The notes under the pieces are model-generated. The model searched no databases, was not told the DNA's origin, and was given only the letters and a program-made list of their open reading frames with translations. This document shows positions 1 through 11,482 of a stretch of 35,969 nucleotides of DNA, one piece after another; within the stretch, counting starts at the first letter, position 1; each line of letters begins with the position of its first letter. Origin of the DNA: Spizellomyces punctatus DAOM BR117 (taxonomy: Eukaryota); the NCBI GenBank assembly GCA_000182565.2, contig KQ257462.1; one strand, 5' to 3'. Position numbers and translations under genes: made by a program.

Positions 1-83
1 TCCGCACACACGCATCATCGGACTTATACACTTTAAATCGCTTCCTTTTGCTACTCTTTTGACGACAAGATTTCCTTGCTGTA

Positions 84-1925
84 ATGGCCGCTGTATCTGT
101 TGACCAGAACAGTCTGTACCTTCAGCAGTCATCAACGAGCCCACGGTCATTGCAACGTCCTCACATGCCGCAACAACAACAGCAACAGCAACACCAGCAG
201 CAACACCAGCAACACCCGCAGAGTGCGAGTGTCCCTAGCGGCCATTCCTTGTAAGTCACGTGTATGATCGAGACTCTGATGGTAATGGAGATTTTAAAAT
301 GTATGGATGTTTGTAGGCCGTACACGTCTTCCCAAGCGCAGGCGCAGGGACAGACAATGATGGGCTCGCCTACGGTTCCCATGCCAGCCGACTATGCGTC
401 GCGAAAGCTTTGCATTGATACGGCTGTGACAAGAGGGCCGTACGAAGCGGCTGGCCCGTCGACTTCATACTTTTCGCTCCCAGCCATGCCATCGCCGACT
501 CGGCGACGACGCGGCGATCATATGGGATCCTTTGCGGTCAGCGTCGGCCCATTTTTCAAGCCAACGAAGCAAATCTACAACATTTACAGCATTGATCGGA
601 CTCGATTGTACACACTGCGGATCAACCCCAAAGTCGATCGCGGCTTCTTTCTCGCGGACAATGACTGGACATGCTACCGTCGAAATTACTTTCAAGTGTC
701 GAGCGCCTTTTCGGCTGCCGATGCCCACGGCCAAGAGGTTGAATTGCCTTGTCTCATGGAGATGGATAACAACCTCTACACGGTGACTGGATTCGCACTT
801 GGCATTTCTGCTCGTGTAGCAAACGGGGAAAAGAAGATTGAACTCGTGCAGCACACACCCAAGCGCGACAAGGGACCGCAACTCATCCCACAGCCAAAGG
901 TTGTGCGTTCGGGTGGAAACCCTCACCAGTACAATGGCATCGGCACAAACCAGCTCGTCGCCACCTTTGAGCGCCTGCAGTTCAAAACAGCAACGGCCAA
1001 CAATGGCAAGCGCAGAGCCGCTCAACAGTACTACATTTTGATTATTGAGCTCTTTGCTCAGACTGAAAATGGACAACAGTACAAGATTGCCATGACAGAG
1101 TCTGCTCCGCTCGTGGTCAGAGGCCGCAGTCCCGGCCACTATGCTGATGGCAACTTGGACGCTCTGCGCATTTTCCCCGTGGACATGCACTTTGGCCGTC
1201 GTCCCGAATTTTACGGACCCATGACATCGCCCATGTCGCCGTACGGAATGACGTCACCAATGTACTCGCCTGTGACGCCTGGAGGGCAGATGATGTCTCC
1301 TGGAAGTCCGGGGATACCGATTCCATCGCCACATTACCATTCGCACATGCCTGGCGGAGCCAGCATGTCCGCACCCACCGGTCCAGGTGGGCTAGACTTT
1401 GTCCAGCGGGGACACGGCGGTGATGGATCTCATTGGAACCGGGCTCGGGCGCATTCTCTGGCAGAGTCCGACTCTTCTTTCACGACAACGGGAACGAACG
1501 CGACTGCATCCTCTTACAACTCTATCGATTTTGACGAAATTGATCAGTCCGCCATGGGAACGAGCGCTGCAAGCCACCATCATGTTCCTCCCCCGGTCGA
1601 TGTCCAATCACCTCCCTCGTTGTCTCCACAGAGTCCACCTTCTTCCTCGGCAACGTCAGTTAGCGGGCCTGGAGCGCCCATTCATGACCTTGTCTCTCCA
1701 GACAACCGGTCTCCTCACGCTCCTGATGGTCGGAGAAGCTTCCACCCGTACTCAAACATTCCAAGCTGGGTTGAAGAGGCTGGCCCTCGGACGCCCATCA
1801 CTCCCACCACCGAGATTAGCAAAATGATGGGTGGATTCCACTTTAATCAGCTTCAACAACACAAGTACAAGGACGATTACAAGGAGGATTTGATGGCTGC
1901 GAATCCCCCTGTGCCCCTATACTAG
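84..1925 (+). CDS. NDT80/PhoG-family (p53-like fold) transcription factor; 2 exons (84-250, 317-1925)
   Basis: ATG at 84 opens MAAVSVDQN...polyQ. Intron 251-316 (GTAAGT...TGTAG) joins in frame to ORF 264..1925. NDT80/PhoG motifs: DRGFFLADNDWTCYRRNYFQV, LVQHTPKRDKGPQ, FERLQFKTATANNGKRRAAQQYY, PLVVRGRSPGHY. Orthology within the family (Ndt80 versus Vib-1/XprG/Fsd-1) is not resolved. Confidence 0.93.
171..215 (+). repeat. CAA/CAG/CAC trinucleotide tract encoding polyQ/H (QQQQQQQHQQQHQQH)
   Basis: Read directly in exon 1 of the NDT80-family gene. Confidence 0.85.
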
Positions 1926-2498
1926 ACGCGAGTATAGATGAGATTTGGCAAAAAGGCTCGACTCTACGCATACCAGCAAAAAGGCATCCACATTGCGCAA
2001 CTGGCACCAGCATCCGCATCTGTATCGTTATGTAAAGTTTAAAATGACTGAAGGACAATCAGTATTGTATATAGTTTCAGGGTTGCGGAGAGTATGTAGA
2101 AAACCGGAAACCTTTCTTTTTTGTGAGTTTAGGCGTTGGAAGAGCAATCGCGCGCGCACGGACAAGGATTGTCTTGCAGGCTAGACGAGGCAAATAGCAC
2201 TGTTGATCAGTTTTGTTGGATTTCTTTCCTGTATTTGCTGAGCAAAATGGGAACTTGTAGCTTGGTATTTTTTAGCTGTCTTGTATAGTTAAGCTAGGAT
2301 CTGTCAGTGCGACGTTGTGTAGTACGCCGGTGGACTGTGGACTCTAGTTGAGAAGAAAATTTACTTTTGTTTTGTGGACGTTTTGACTGTTTGAATTTTT
2401 GTGTGCATCTTTGATACTTCTATTCTGCCCGGTCTCAATTCACACATTTCGAATTGTTCAAAGAGTCATGGACCACACAACTCTTATTGAATATATCG

Positions 2499-2580
2499 GA
2501 CACGATGGCCGAGTGGTTAAGGCGTCAGACTCGAAATCTGATGGGCTCTGCCCGCGCAGGTTCAAATCCTGCTCGTGTCG
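2499..2580 (+). tRNA. tRNA-Ser (anticodon CGA), intronless
   Basis: Acceptor stem GACACGA/TCGTGTC with discriminator G; D-arm TGGCCGAGTGGTTAAGGC; anticodon arm TCAGA-CTCGAAA-TCTGA; long variable arm GGGCTCTGCCC; T-arm GCAGG-TTCAAAT-CCTGC; 82 nt. Confidence 0.97.
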
Positions 2581-2601
2581 CTCGTAGGAGAGTCGATTTC
2601 A

Positions 2602-2607
2602 TTTTTT
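2602..2607 (+). terminator. Pol III oligo-T terminator of the tRNA
   Basis: T6 run about 20 nt downstream of the tRNA 3' end. Confidence 0.6.
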
Positions 2608-3981
2608 CTTTGATGTCGCAGTGATCAGCATTCGCATGACGGGGATGATTACCCAGGTAATGGATGGTGATCTGTTTTTATCCACAACGGAAATTAGTTG
2701 ATTCTATTTAATTTATGAATGTTTGGACCAAAAGTTCTTTCCGACAGATGTTGCAAATGCCATGTGAGTTTTGCAGCTCCTTCAACTGACATGCATCCCT
2801 TGATCAGATTTCGGGTGATGTCTATCTTTCCAACCCTCAAGAAGATCCTTGATTCATCCCCGACGAGAGATTGTTGTCGCTGTTACGCGGAATGGATTTG
2901 TGAAGGATACTGGGTCAAGTCCTCCCGATAATAAGATGTAAAGAGAGGGGGAGCTAACAGTCATGATGTGCCAAGTTGGCTGTGGGCAGTTGCGAATCAT
3001 AGTTTTAGCAGATCGTTGGTGGGAGAGTTATCTAGTTGATGCTCATGTAAAATTGGCGACTTTTAACACATCTCATGGGTTGGTGACTCTGTAGCATATG
3101 CCATATATTTTCGTGAGTCACTTGTACCTGGGTACAAGGAGTACCGTTCCGTATCGCCAGAAAGGATGAATAACAGTATGTACAGATTTGCTGCTGCAAA
3201 CAGTGTGTGTGTATGATGAAGGGTTACAGCCAAAAAGATCGTTCAAGAACAAAAAAAAGGGTTTCGCCCCTCCCCTCCCAAAGTTGTGGTTGGATAAATG
3301 CGCGTTTCGAACTTCCGTCATCATCGCGTCGTTTTCGTTCGCCACACACACCCGATTCTTACCAGCTGCCGTGTGAACTTTTTCATTACACACTCTTCCT
3401 GCCTCAGCCCACGTAACCCGTTGGGAAAGTATTTAAAGACTCATCAAACACTACAAGAGGCCTGTCTTGCACCTGCAGGTAAAAACACTTTAGGAGAAAA
3501 GGAAAACTCGCAGATATCGGCATACGTACAGAGGGTCAAGACAGAGACAGAGAGAGGGCAAAAGAAAAAAAAGGGCAGATCATGATCCATCTTTAACTTG
3601 GTGGCATATCTGCGGTCAACAGAAAAAAGAAAACCTACCAAATGCTTCATGTCTGGAAGCCGTTCGTGTAAAACTTTTTTGACCGAAGGACTGTTGATAT
3701 TTGCCCGCCGACTACGCACGTCGTCTGTCGACGTTAACCAATACACCTCTTTGACTGATTTACGATCCAAATACCCTTCATTGCACATTTTCGAATCCCG
3801 CGAGAAAACCTGCAGAGGTATTCGCTTTGTAAACACCCTATCACCGCCTTTGCATTTGAACCGATATCCTGCTGTCTGCCGAAACTACGTAACTGCTAGT
3901 AGTACTCATTTATCTCGCTCGCCGCGACACTTTGATCGGAGTACGCCTTCCGCACCTTCAACTCAGAGTACGAGGGGCGAC

Positions 3982-6900
3982 ATGGCGGATATGAATGCTG
4001 CTGCACGTCGGGGATCGAGTGGTGCCCCCGTCGCTGGTTCGGGATTGGTTTCGGATTTGGTATCGCTTGGAGTCGAGGGCAAGATTTCGTCTGCTAGTAT
4101 AGGGGCCCGGAAAGGTAGCATCAAGGAAAGTGTGGATGATGAGAGCTATCGATGGAAGGAGACGTTGGAAAGTGTGATTGACTCTGTACGTTTATATGGC
4201 TGTTGAGTTTTGATGAGAGCAGAGTTGAAGACGTTGACAACAGTCGTATCACACAGGTTGTTTCGATCCGTTTTATTGTCACGCGCAACTTTGATACCTG
4301 GCAAGTAGGCTCATATACTGCGGTAAGTCTTTGGTACCGGATACGGATGGTGGCACTTGCCAATAATCGGGAGCTTTATTGGTGATAATGTCACATATCC
4401 ATTTGATAATATAGACCGGGTTCATTGTGGATGTCGAAAACGGGATTATTTTGACAAACAAGCATGTTGTTACTGGTAATGCAAGGGCTTTTTTGAGATT
4501 AGCGAGAAAGAGTCGGGATCTCAAGAGATTTGAATTGCTTTTTTTTTGCAGATGCCCCATTTGTGGGTAAAGTATGCTTTAGGAATTCAGAGGAAGTGGC
4601 AGCGTGGCCTGCATGGAGAGATCCTGTGCATGACTTTGGTACGTGAACACACATTCCCATCCGATGGCAGCAGGCGGGAGAAGGCGGGAGACTGAATTGC
4701 GTATAACCGATACCAGGATTTTTACGATTCGACAAGTCAAAAGTTAAATTTATGAAGCTGTCGGCCATTCCTTTGGAACCGGATGCGGCTCGTGTTGGTC
4801 TGTCCGTTCGTGTGCCCGGTTCCGATGCAGGAGAAAAACTTGCGGTATTGTCGGGAATTATCGCTCGGATTGATAGGCCGGCAGGTATGGTATCACGTAT
4901 GGTATCATTTTTCTTTTCCAATATACTAATCTGAGACATGCTCCTGGTAGCAAACTACGTGAGTACCAGATCTGACCACAGACGCAATACGGTTATGAGG
5001 CATGTCGAGAATCGTTTCTGAGCAAAACTTTCTAATGCAGGGAACCGGCACTTATTGCGATTTTAATACGTGAGTTGGGTAAATGTATTCCAACGTTTTG
5101 TCAGATGCTGAACTTTTGTTTATTAGGTTTTACATACAAGCATCTGGTATGCGTTTGCCCACGTCCACACATCCAATAATGTACTTTGGTCAACGTCCTA
5201 ACGTCCTTCGTCAGCAAACACATCTGGAGGTTCAAGTGGATCTCCTGTAGTCGATATCGATGGACGAGCCGTTGCGTTAAACGCTGGTGCGTTTGTTTAA
5301 CACATGTGAACTCTTTTGGGCCAGGGCAAATTATTGATGGTCGTCAATGAACGGTCGCTGTTTAGGGGGTTCAACACATGCTGCATCCAGTTTCTTCTTG
5401 CCCCTTCATCGTGTGAATAGGGCACTGAATCTACTCCGACAGAACAAGCCTATTCCTCGTGGTACTTTTCAAGTCGAGTTTGTGTAAGTCGCCAAAGCCT
5501 TTGTAATGATTCTTTGATGTCCCCAATAACACTCGCTGCACCTTCCCAGCCAAAAGCAGTACGATGAAGCCAGGCGTCTTGGATTGCCAGTAGAATTTGA
5601 GACAAAGTTCCGAGAGAAATCACCAGAGCTAGGTGGTTTGCTTGCAGTCAAGAACACCATACCAGGGGGCCCAGCCGATGGCATTTTATACACTGGCGAC
5701 TTGCTGATCAAGATTGGTGACAAACTTGTGAATCATTTTGTCGAATTGGCAGCGGCGCTCGATGACACATCGGCAGTATGGGACGAGAACGATTATAAAC
5801 TGCCTGAGGATAAGAGACCGTATCTTACTCTCACAGTTTTCCGCGATAAGCAGTTTATTGAAGTGGATGTTCCCGTTGACTCACTTCATCGTATTACTCC
5901 CGACCGATATGTCGAAGTGGGTGGATCTATTGTGCATCCCCTCAGCTATCAACTCGCAAGGTCCTATCTTCATGCAGTAGGCGGCGTATTTGTGGCAGAC
6001 GCAGGACATATGCTTGGCGTTGCGGGTGTCCCTGCGTATAGCATTATCACATCGGTAGCGCATAAGCGTGTACCAAATATTGAGGCCTTTATCGAGGTTA
6101 TGAAAGATTTGTCGACTGGCAAGCGCGTTCCGATTCGATACTATTCCCTTGCCAAAAAGAATGTGGAGATTGTCAAAATTGCGGTTGTGGAGAACAAATG
6201 GGGAAGATTTAGAATGGCAGTTCGAGATGGTACGCTTTTTTCAAGCTCTGTGATGCCATTAGTTTTGGACAGAGTGTGTAATCGGTTTCTCCTACTGCTG
6301 CGAAACAGATCCGGCTGGAATTTGGGCTTATACTGAGCTCCCAACCACAAGCAAGCCCCTGCTCCCCGCACCACGCACAGCATCCTACGTTCACATCAAC
6401 GCAGCGAAAAACAAGCACAGTAGAATTGCCAATACCGTCATGCCGTCCCTCTGTGTTGTGGAGACGCATTCTCCCTTTGGCATTGACGGCCACAATTCGA
6501 AATGGTCGGATGGAGTTGGACTCGTGGTTGACCACAAAATTGGGCTCGTGCTAGTTGATAGGTCCACCGTCCCCACGTCACTAGGTCGGCTATTTGTAAC
6601 GTTTGCAAACAATCTTGTTGCGCCGGCCAAGATTGTTTGGATGCATCCTATGCATAATATCGTGTTTGTTCGCTACGATAAGTCCTTCCTATCGGCACAA
6701 GCAAGTGAGAGGAGGGCCAGTTTGCCCCAACCACCTTTGCCGGTCAAGTCTATTGAAATATCGCCTTTACCGGCAATGACATCTGGCGACGAAATCCACC
6801 TCGTTACGATTAATGTGATCACGGTATGCTGTCATTAGTGTCGACTCTTGTGGACAACGTTTACTCAGATAGTTCATTTCAGCACATTCCAAGAGTACAG

Positions 6901-8416
6901 ACCACGCACGTCAAGGCAAAGGGATATTTCATGTTTGGCGATACCTCACCTCCCAAGCCTCGTACAATGAATTGGGATGATGCCATTACGTAAGTTGATA
7001 TATCATTGAACTATTGAGTCTTTGGTAGACTTTTACTTACCATATAGAGTCCAGGTTGCAAAAACCCATGTGCGAAGAAGCTGGTGTCCTCGTGGATGAG
7101 AACGGGCGTGCCAGGGGAGCGTGGCTTGTATCACCAGAAAGTAATAGTTACTTGGGTGTGGGTCTCGAAGATGGCAGTGAAGTTCGTCAGATTCTGGATG
7201 CGCTGCAGCAGCGTGAAGCGGCGCGGCGGTTTGATCAGCCGCCGTCCGAAGGCTTACCACTACCTTTATTGCGATGCGTTGATGTAGAGCTTACAGAGAC
7301 TTACTTTTGGAAGGTAAGCGTATACATCTCTGCATTTTTGCCTTAACTGCGTCTTGCTAATAGTATCCTTCAGGCACGAGAACTTGGACTCTCTGAGAGA
7401 TGGATTCATCGAATCACAATGGCACGGGCTGAGGAGCTCGGTAGTGACTTGCAGGATACACCGGCAGAGTTGCAACAACTGGCCGAAACCGAAATTGGCG
7501 GAGTTGTTGGTGGAGACAAGTATACGGTATATATAATATATATCCATAGGTCCGATGCGATGAAGTTAAACACTAAATGTCTCTTCAGGTTATCACTGTT
7601 CGCCGTATCCCTGCTATCAGCGGCCGCGAAGACGATGAAAGCAAGCCAAAGGAAGGAGATTTGATTCTGGCAGCAGACGGACGGCCAGTTACGTCCATGC
7701 GCGGAGCGTTGATGGATATTGTGGTACCGACCGCTGGGCAGGCTGTTGAACAGCCTTCTCCAGTCACTCTTACGATTCTACGGGAGGGAGAAGAGAAACA
7801 ACTGACCGTTCCTCGAATTTTACTCTCCGGAGCTCCTACGGTGGATGTTGTGCAGTGGGGAGGCGCCATTTTCCAGATGCCACATCGGAGCCTTTTTTTC
7901 CACGTTAAAAGAATTCCAAAGGGCGTATATATTTCTCTGTTGTATTCAGGATCGCCAGCGCAGAGGGATCATCTATCAGCTTGTTGGTTTGTGGTCGAAG
8001 TGGTATGTGCACATTTCCTTTCACTTGATCCACTCCTGCTATTTCTAATGGTCTGCGGACTGTGCTTTTGTACCATCAAGGACGGCAAGAAGATTTACAA
8101 TCTGGACGACTTTTTAGAGGCGGTGGAAGGCGAAGATTGGCACAGCCGTGTACCTATGGTTGATCCCATCAGTGAGGGCTGGCAACAGGATGCAGTGGCC
8201 ACTATTGAACGTCAGCAAACTCCAACCGCGTCTGCCCTAACGAAAACAGAAACGCCTACAGGAGACGAGGGGGAGATGTTGATCAAATCTACCGTGACGA
8301 GAAGTTTCCGTTTCCGGCTCGTGAGTTTGGAGCAAGTTCATAAGGTGGTGACAATTGATATGGATCTGGCTAGTAAGAATTATTGGCCGACATGGAGATG
8401 CGTGGTCAAGGGATGA
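3982..8416 (+). CDS. NMA111: Nma111/Ynm3-like HtrA serine protease (duplicated protease-PDZ architecture), about 17 exons
   Basis: Hand-spliced exons give WKETLESVIDSVVSIRF, TGFIVDVENGIILTNKHVV (catalytic His), RDPVHDFGFLRFD (Asp), [24 protein letters not shown] (Ser), PDZ segments (PGGPADGILYTGD; LLYSGSPAQRDHL) and a second degenerate protease half (GVGLVVDHKIGLVLVDRSTVP). All junctions are GT-AG. The start ATG is inferred. Confidence 0.92.
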
Positions 8417-8935
8417 AAATGTCTCCGCATTAAAGAGGAGTTTTTTTGGAAATATTTTGTGTTGATGAGGACAAATGGAAGGTAGGGCGGATTTTTACCT
8501 ACCCGCCTTTGAATGAGAATACCTGTACTGGTGTTTGAGGCTTCCGATCGCCAGAGCCTTGTTCATAAATACCTTTGGAACTTGGCGGTCGCTCTTGCAT
8601 GCTGTTTGGAGCATGTTCACGCGGAGCTCTGCAGTCAGTCAGTCTTTGACAGGGAAAACTGGATGTGATATGTAATCTCTACATGATATCCGAAAATATC
8701 CAGTAGACCTGTGTATTGAAGCGTGAGTCAGATACATTGAAATACTTGCATCTTCACCTAACCTTTGCATTGGTTGGCCATTGCGTCACATCCACGCGCG
8801 TGCATGACAGAGCACATTCCAGAGCCTTTAGGCGGGATGTGGGGTATTTAAACACCATAATGGGATGTGTCCCTCGCAACATTTCTTGTTCCATCTTTCC
8901 CCGCAGGTATTCGTCCAAAAACAAATAGAATAGGA

Positions 8936-10532
8936 ATGGGTATCCAGAACTCGGCAAATCTGAAAGCAGTCATTCGCCCGTCAGTCGAGAAAGCACTCTC
9001 TCTAACAATCCCAAAAACCCAGCGGGCGGCAGTTGCATTTACTCATGGTGGAAAACTTGAGATCAAAACCTCTGAACCAGTTCGTGAACCTGGACCTGAA
9101 GATGTCTTGGTTCATGTCGTGAAAACTGGAGCTTGTCATACCGATCTTCATGCTTTGGTATTGTAGTGCAATGAATTCCTCCTGTTTTTCTTTTACCTTT
9201 GCTAAATTGATGTGCGTAGAGTGGGGACTGGGAGTTGAAGAGTAAGATGCCTTTAATTGCTGGTCATGAGGGTGCAGGTCAGTCAAGTGGAGGCATCATT
9301 TAATGCAATCTCCATCCACTTTGCGTGCCCTTTCAACTAATGACGATAAACAATCATTTAGGATATATTGTGAAAGTTGGCGAGCAAGTCACGTATGTTG
9401 GACATGTGGATGTAAGACAATGCCAATCTCTCTCATTAATGTTCACAATGCAGGAATTACAAGCCTGGAGATCGTGTTGGTATCAAATGGATCCATGACA
9501 CATGCGGTATCTGCGAGTTTTGTTTGAGTGCGCGTGAGACTGTTTGTCCGAATCAAGAAACCTCGGGATTTACTGTTGATGGAAGTTTTCAAGAGTATGC
9601 CGGTAGGCAAAATCTTCGAATGGACTAGTCTTTAAACGGTTTGAAATGATTCACACTGATCTTTGTTCAGTTGCGAAAGCACGCCATGTTGTTCCCCTAC
9701 CCGAAGGGTTGAGTTATGAGCAAGCGGCGCCCATACTTTGTGCCGGAGTATGTGCCATCCGAAAATGTTTGTATAATTCTAAAGACTGCTAACAAGTGCC
9801 AAAATTTGGGTCCTGTAAAAAACAGCTTACAGTATACAGGGTATGTGACTCGTGCGACCCAGTTACAGTCAGGCATTTATTCTAAAGTTCCTTAATATAG
9901 GGTCTAAAAGAGACCGAGGTTAAACCTGGACAGTGGGTGGTCATTTCTGGCGCTGGCGGGGGTCTCGGGCATTTGGCAGTACAATATGCGAAAGCAATGG
10001 GAATGAGGGTCGCTGCGATAGATGCCGGCTCCAAACGAGAATTCTGCGAATCCCTTGGCGTCGATGCTTTCTTTGATTTTCAAAGTGAAAAGAATCTCAG
10101 TCAAGCTATACTTGATACTACTCATGGAGGGGCGCATGGGGCCTTACTTGCCGTTGCTAACCCAGAACCGTACAAGCAAGTAAGTTCTAGAAATGACGTT
10201 TCAATGGTGCTACCCCATCTTCTGCTAAATGGAAATATCCAAATTAGGCCCTTGGGTATCTTCGAACCTGGGGTACACTGGTTACCTTAGGTTTGCCCAA
10301 GCGCGGCTCAGAGATCCCTGTAGATATTTTCGATACCGTCATGAGACGATTGACGGTTAGAGGCTCCATTGTTGGTAGTCGTATCGAAGCTATCGAGGCT
10401 TTGCAATTCGCTGCTCGAGGTGAAGTTAAGGTGCATCTTGAAGTCCGACCCCTGAGTCAGCTCCAGGAGGTTCTGGAAAGTATGGCAAAAGGGGACATCA
10501 AGGGTAGGATTGTGTTGGATACTAGTAAATGA
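8936..10532 (+). CDS. Zn-dependent medium-chain alcohol dehydrogenase (ADH1/ADH3-like), multi-exon
   Basis: Motifs IPKTQRAAV, GACHTDLH, GHEGAG, structural Zn site CGICEFCLSARETVC, APILCAGLTVYRGLK, Rossmann GAGGGLGHLAVQYAKAMG, C-terminus GRIVLDTSK*. The exact start is uncertain. Confidence 0.95.
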
Positions 10533-10729
10533 GCAAAGCACTTGTGTGTGCGATTCGCGCAATCAGCTACAGATTGTATGTTTGTAAATTTACTTTTCAT
10601 TGCAAAAATTGGGAATTACTGAATTCGACATAACGTGTGATTGCAAAAATCTAACAAATACCCACAAACTTTGGAAAAAAGTACATTTACGATGCTCTAT
10701 GAGGTAGTTGCGGACGTCCAAAGAATTTC

Positions 10730-11413
10730 TCAAGACAACTTGCTGATCACGAACGATGCCGCCTCTCCCGCCTGCGGGCTGGCACCATAAGAAGCGTGGA
10801 CTAACCAATTGGAGCCGGTCGACGTGCAGACCGGATCACCAGCATTACAGTAGTCTCTCGTTTTGGCAACCCACTCCTGGGGAAGGCGTGGTGCTCCTGG
10901 GCGCGGGCCACCTTGACCTTTGGCGGTTCCAGCCGACGAAGGCAAACTTGGATCGTAAAAAGGGTCGCCGAACATGATGACAGCTGGAATACGGTTAAAG
11001 GTGGCTTCACTGATGCTGCTGAAGGCGCGATGCAGAACCATGGCGCCCTGCGAATAACCGGCTAAGACGTATTGTTGCTCAGGGCAAGCTGCCGCTTGAG
11101 CAGTGAGGTGATCCATCAAATCTTTGGCACCTATAATGGGGCCGTTTGCGAAATCCCTGTCAGCAGGGTAAACTACATTGTACAACGTTGCTTTGGGGAA
11201 TTGCCGCATGATTCGCCCGATGGTGGGTTGCATAACTCGACTCCCAGTCTGAGGTTCAGTCGTTCCACGAACGGATATGATTTCGATCGGGCTGCACGCA
11301 GTTATTGAGGGATCGTTCTTGCCGTTAGCCAGCGCATCTGACACGGGCGCTCCTATGACGGCGGCAAGGCTCGACATCGCAAGGCCCAAAATCGTAAAGG
11401 TCCGGAGAGGCAT
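10730..11413 (-). CDS. Secreted cutinase / cutinase-like esterase (CE5), intronless CDS
   Basis: Signal-peptide-like MPLRTFTILGLAMSSLAAVIGA; C..ISVRGTTEP; CPEQQYVLAGYSQGA (catalytic Ser); MFGDP; CNAGDPVC (Asp); VHASYG (His). True ATG at 11413. Confidence 0.93.
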   Translation of the reverse strand: MPLRTFTILGLAMSSLAAVIGAPVSDALANGKNDPSITACSPIEIISVRGTTEPQTGSRVMQPTIGRIMRQFPKATLYNVVYPADRDFANGPIIGAKDLMDHLTAQAAACPEQQYVLAGYSQGAMVLHRAFSSISEATFNRIPAVIMFGDPFYDPSLPSSAGTAKGQGGPRPGAPRLPQEWVAKTRDYCNAGDPVCTSTGSNWLVHASYGASPQAGEAASFVISKLS

Positions 11414-11425
11414 CACTGGCAACGG

Positions 11426-11482
11426 CTAAAGTGGGGGATTTCAGCATGGACTCTGGACAGCATATGTCTTTTTGTTACTTAC
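11426..11482 (-). other. Probable 5' UTR intron of the cutinase gene
   Basis: Minus strand reads GTAAGT...GCTGAA...CCCCCACTTTAG, 57 nt, ending 12 nt before the ATG. Confidence 0.6.

Noticed and set aside
465-1190. 241-aa antisense ORF over the NDT80 gene (and similar antisense ORFs over the SNX, ABCF and beta-helix genes)
   Set aside because: Shadow ORFs opposite well-supported genes, with no recognisable motifs.
1862-1890. KYKDDYKED near the NDT80 C-terminus resembles a FLAG tag
   Set aside because: Not DYKDDDDK and embedded in native coding sequence; coincidence.
3598-3981. In-frame open extension upstream of the NMA111 ATG
   Set aside because: Starts at GTG, resembles UTR/promoter sequence and has no family motif.
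7363-7370. GTATCCTT, the U12-type donor consensus
   Set aside because: It lies at the 3' end of an ordinary GTAAGC...CAG intron of NMA111 and is not used as a donor in the frame-preserving model.
10530-10625. Stop-codon readthrough giving a cryptic peroxisomal signal on ADH
   Set aside because: The context is TGA GCA rather than TGA CTA, and the extension ends in GNY, not an SKL-like tripeptide.
8936-11413. ADH plus cutinase as a cutin-catabolism gene cluster
   Set aside because: The ADH looks like an ordinary ethanol-type enzyme, the genes are convergent, and no other pathway genes are nearby.
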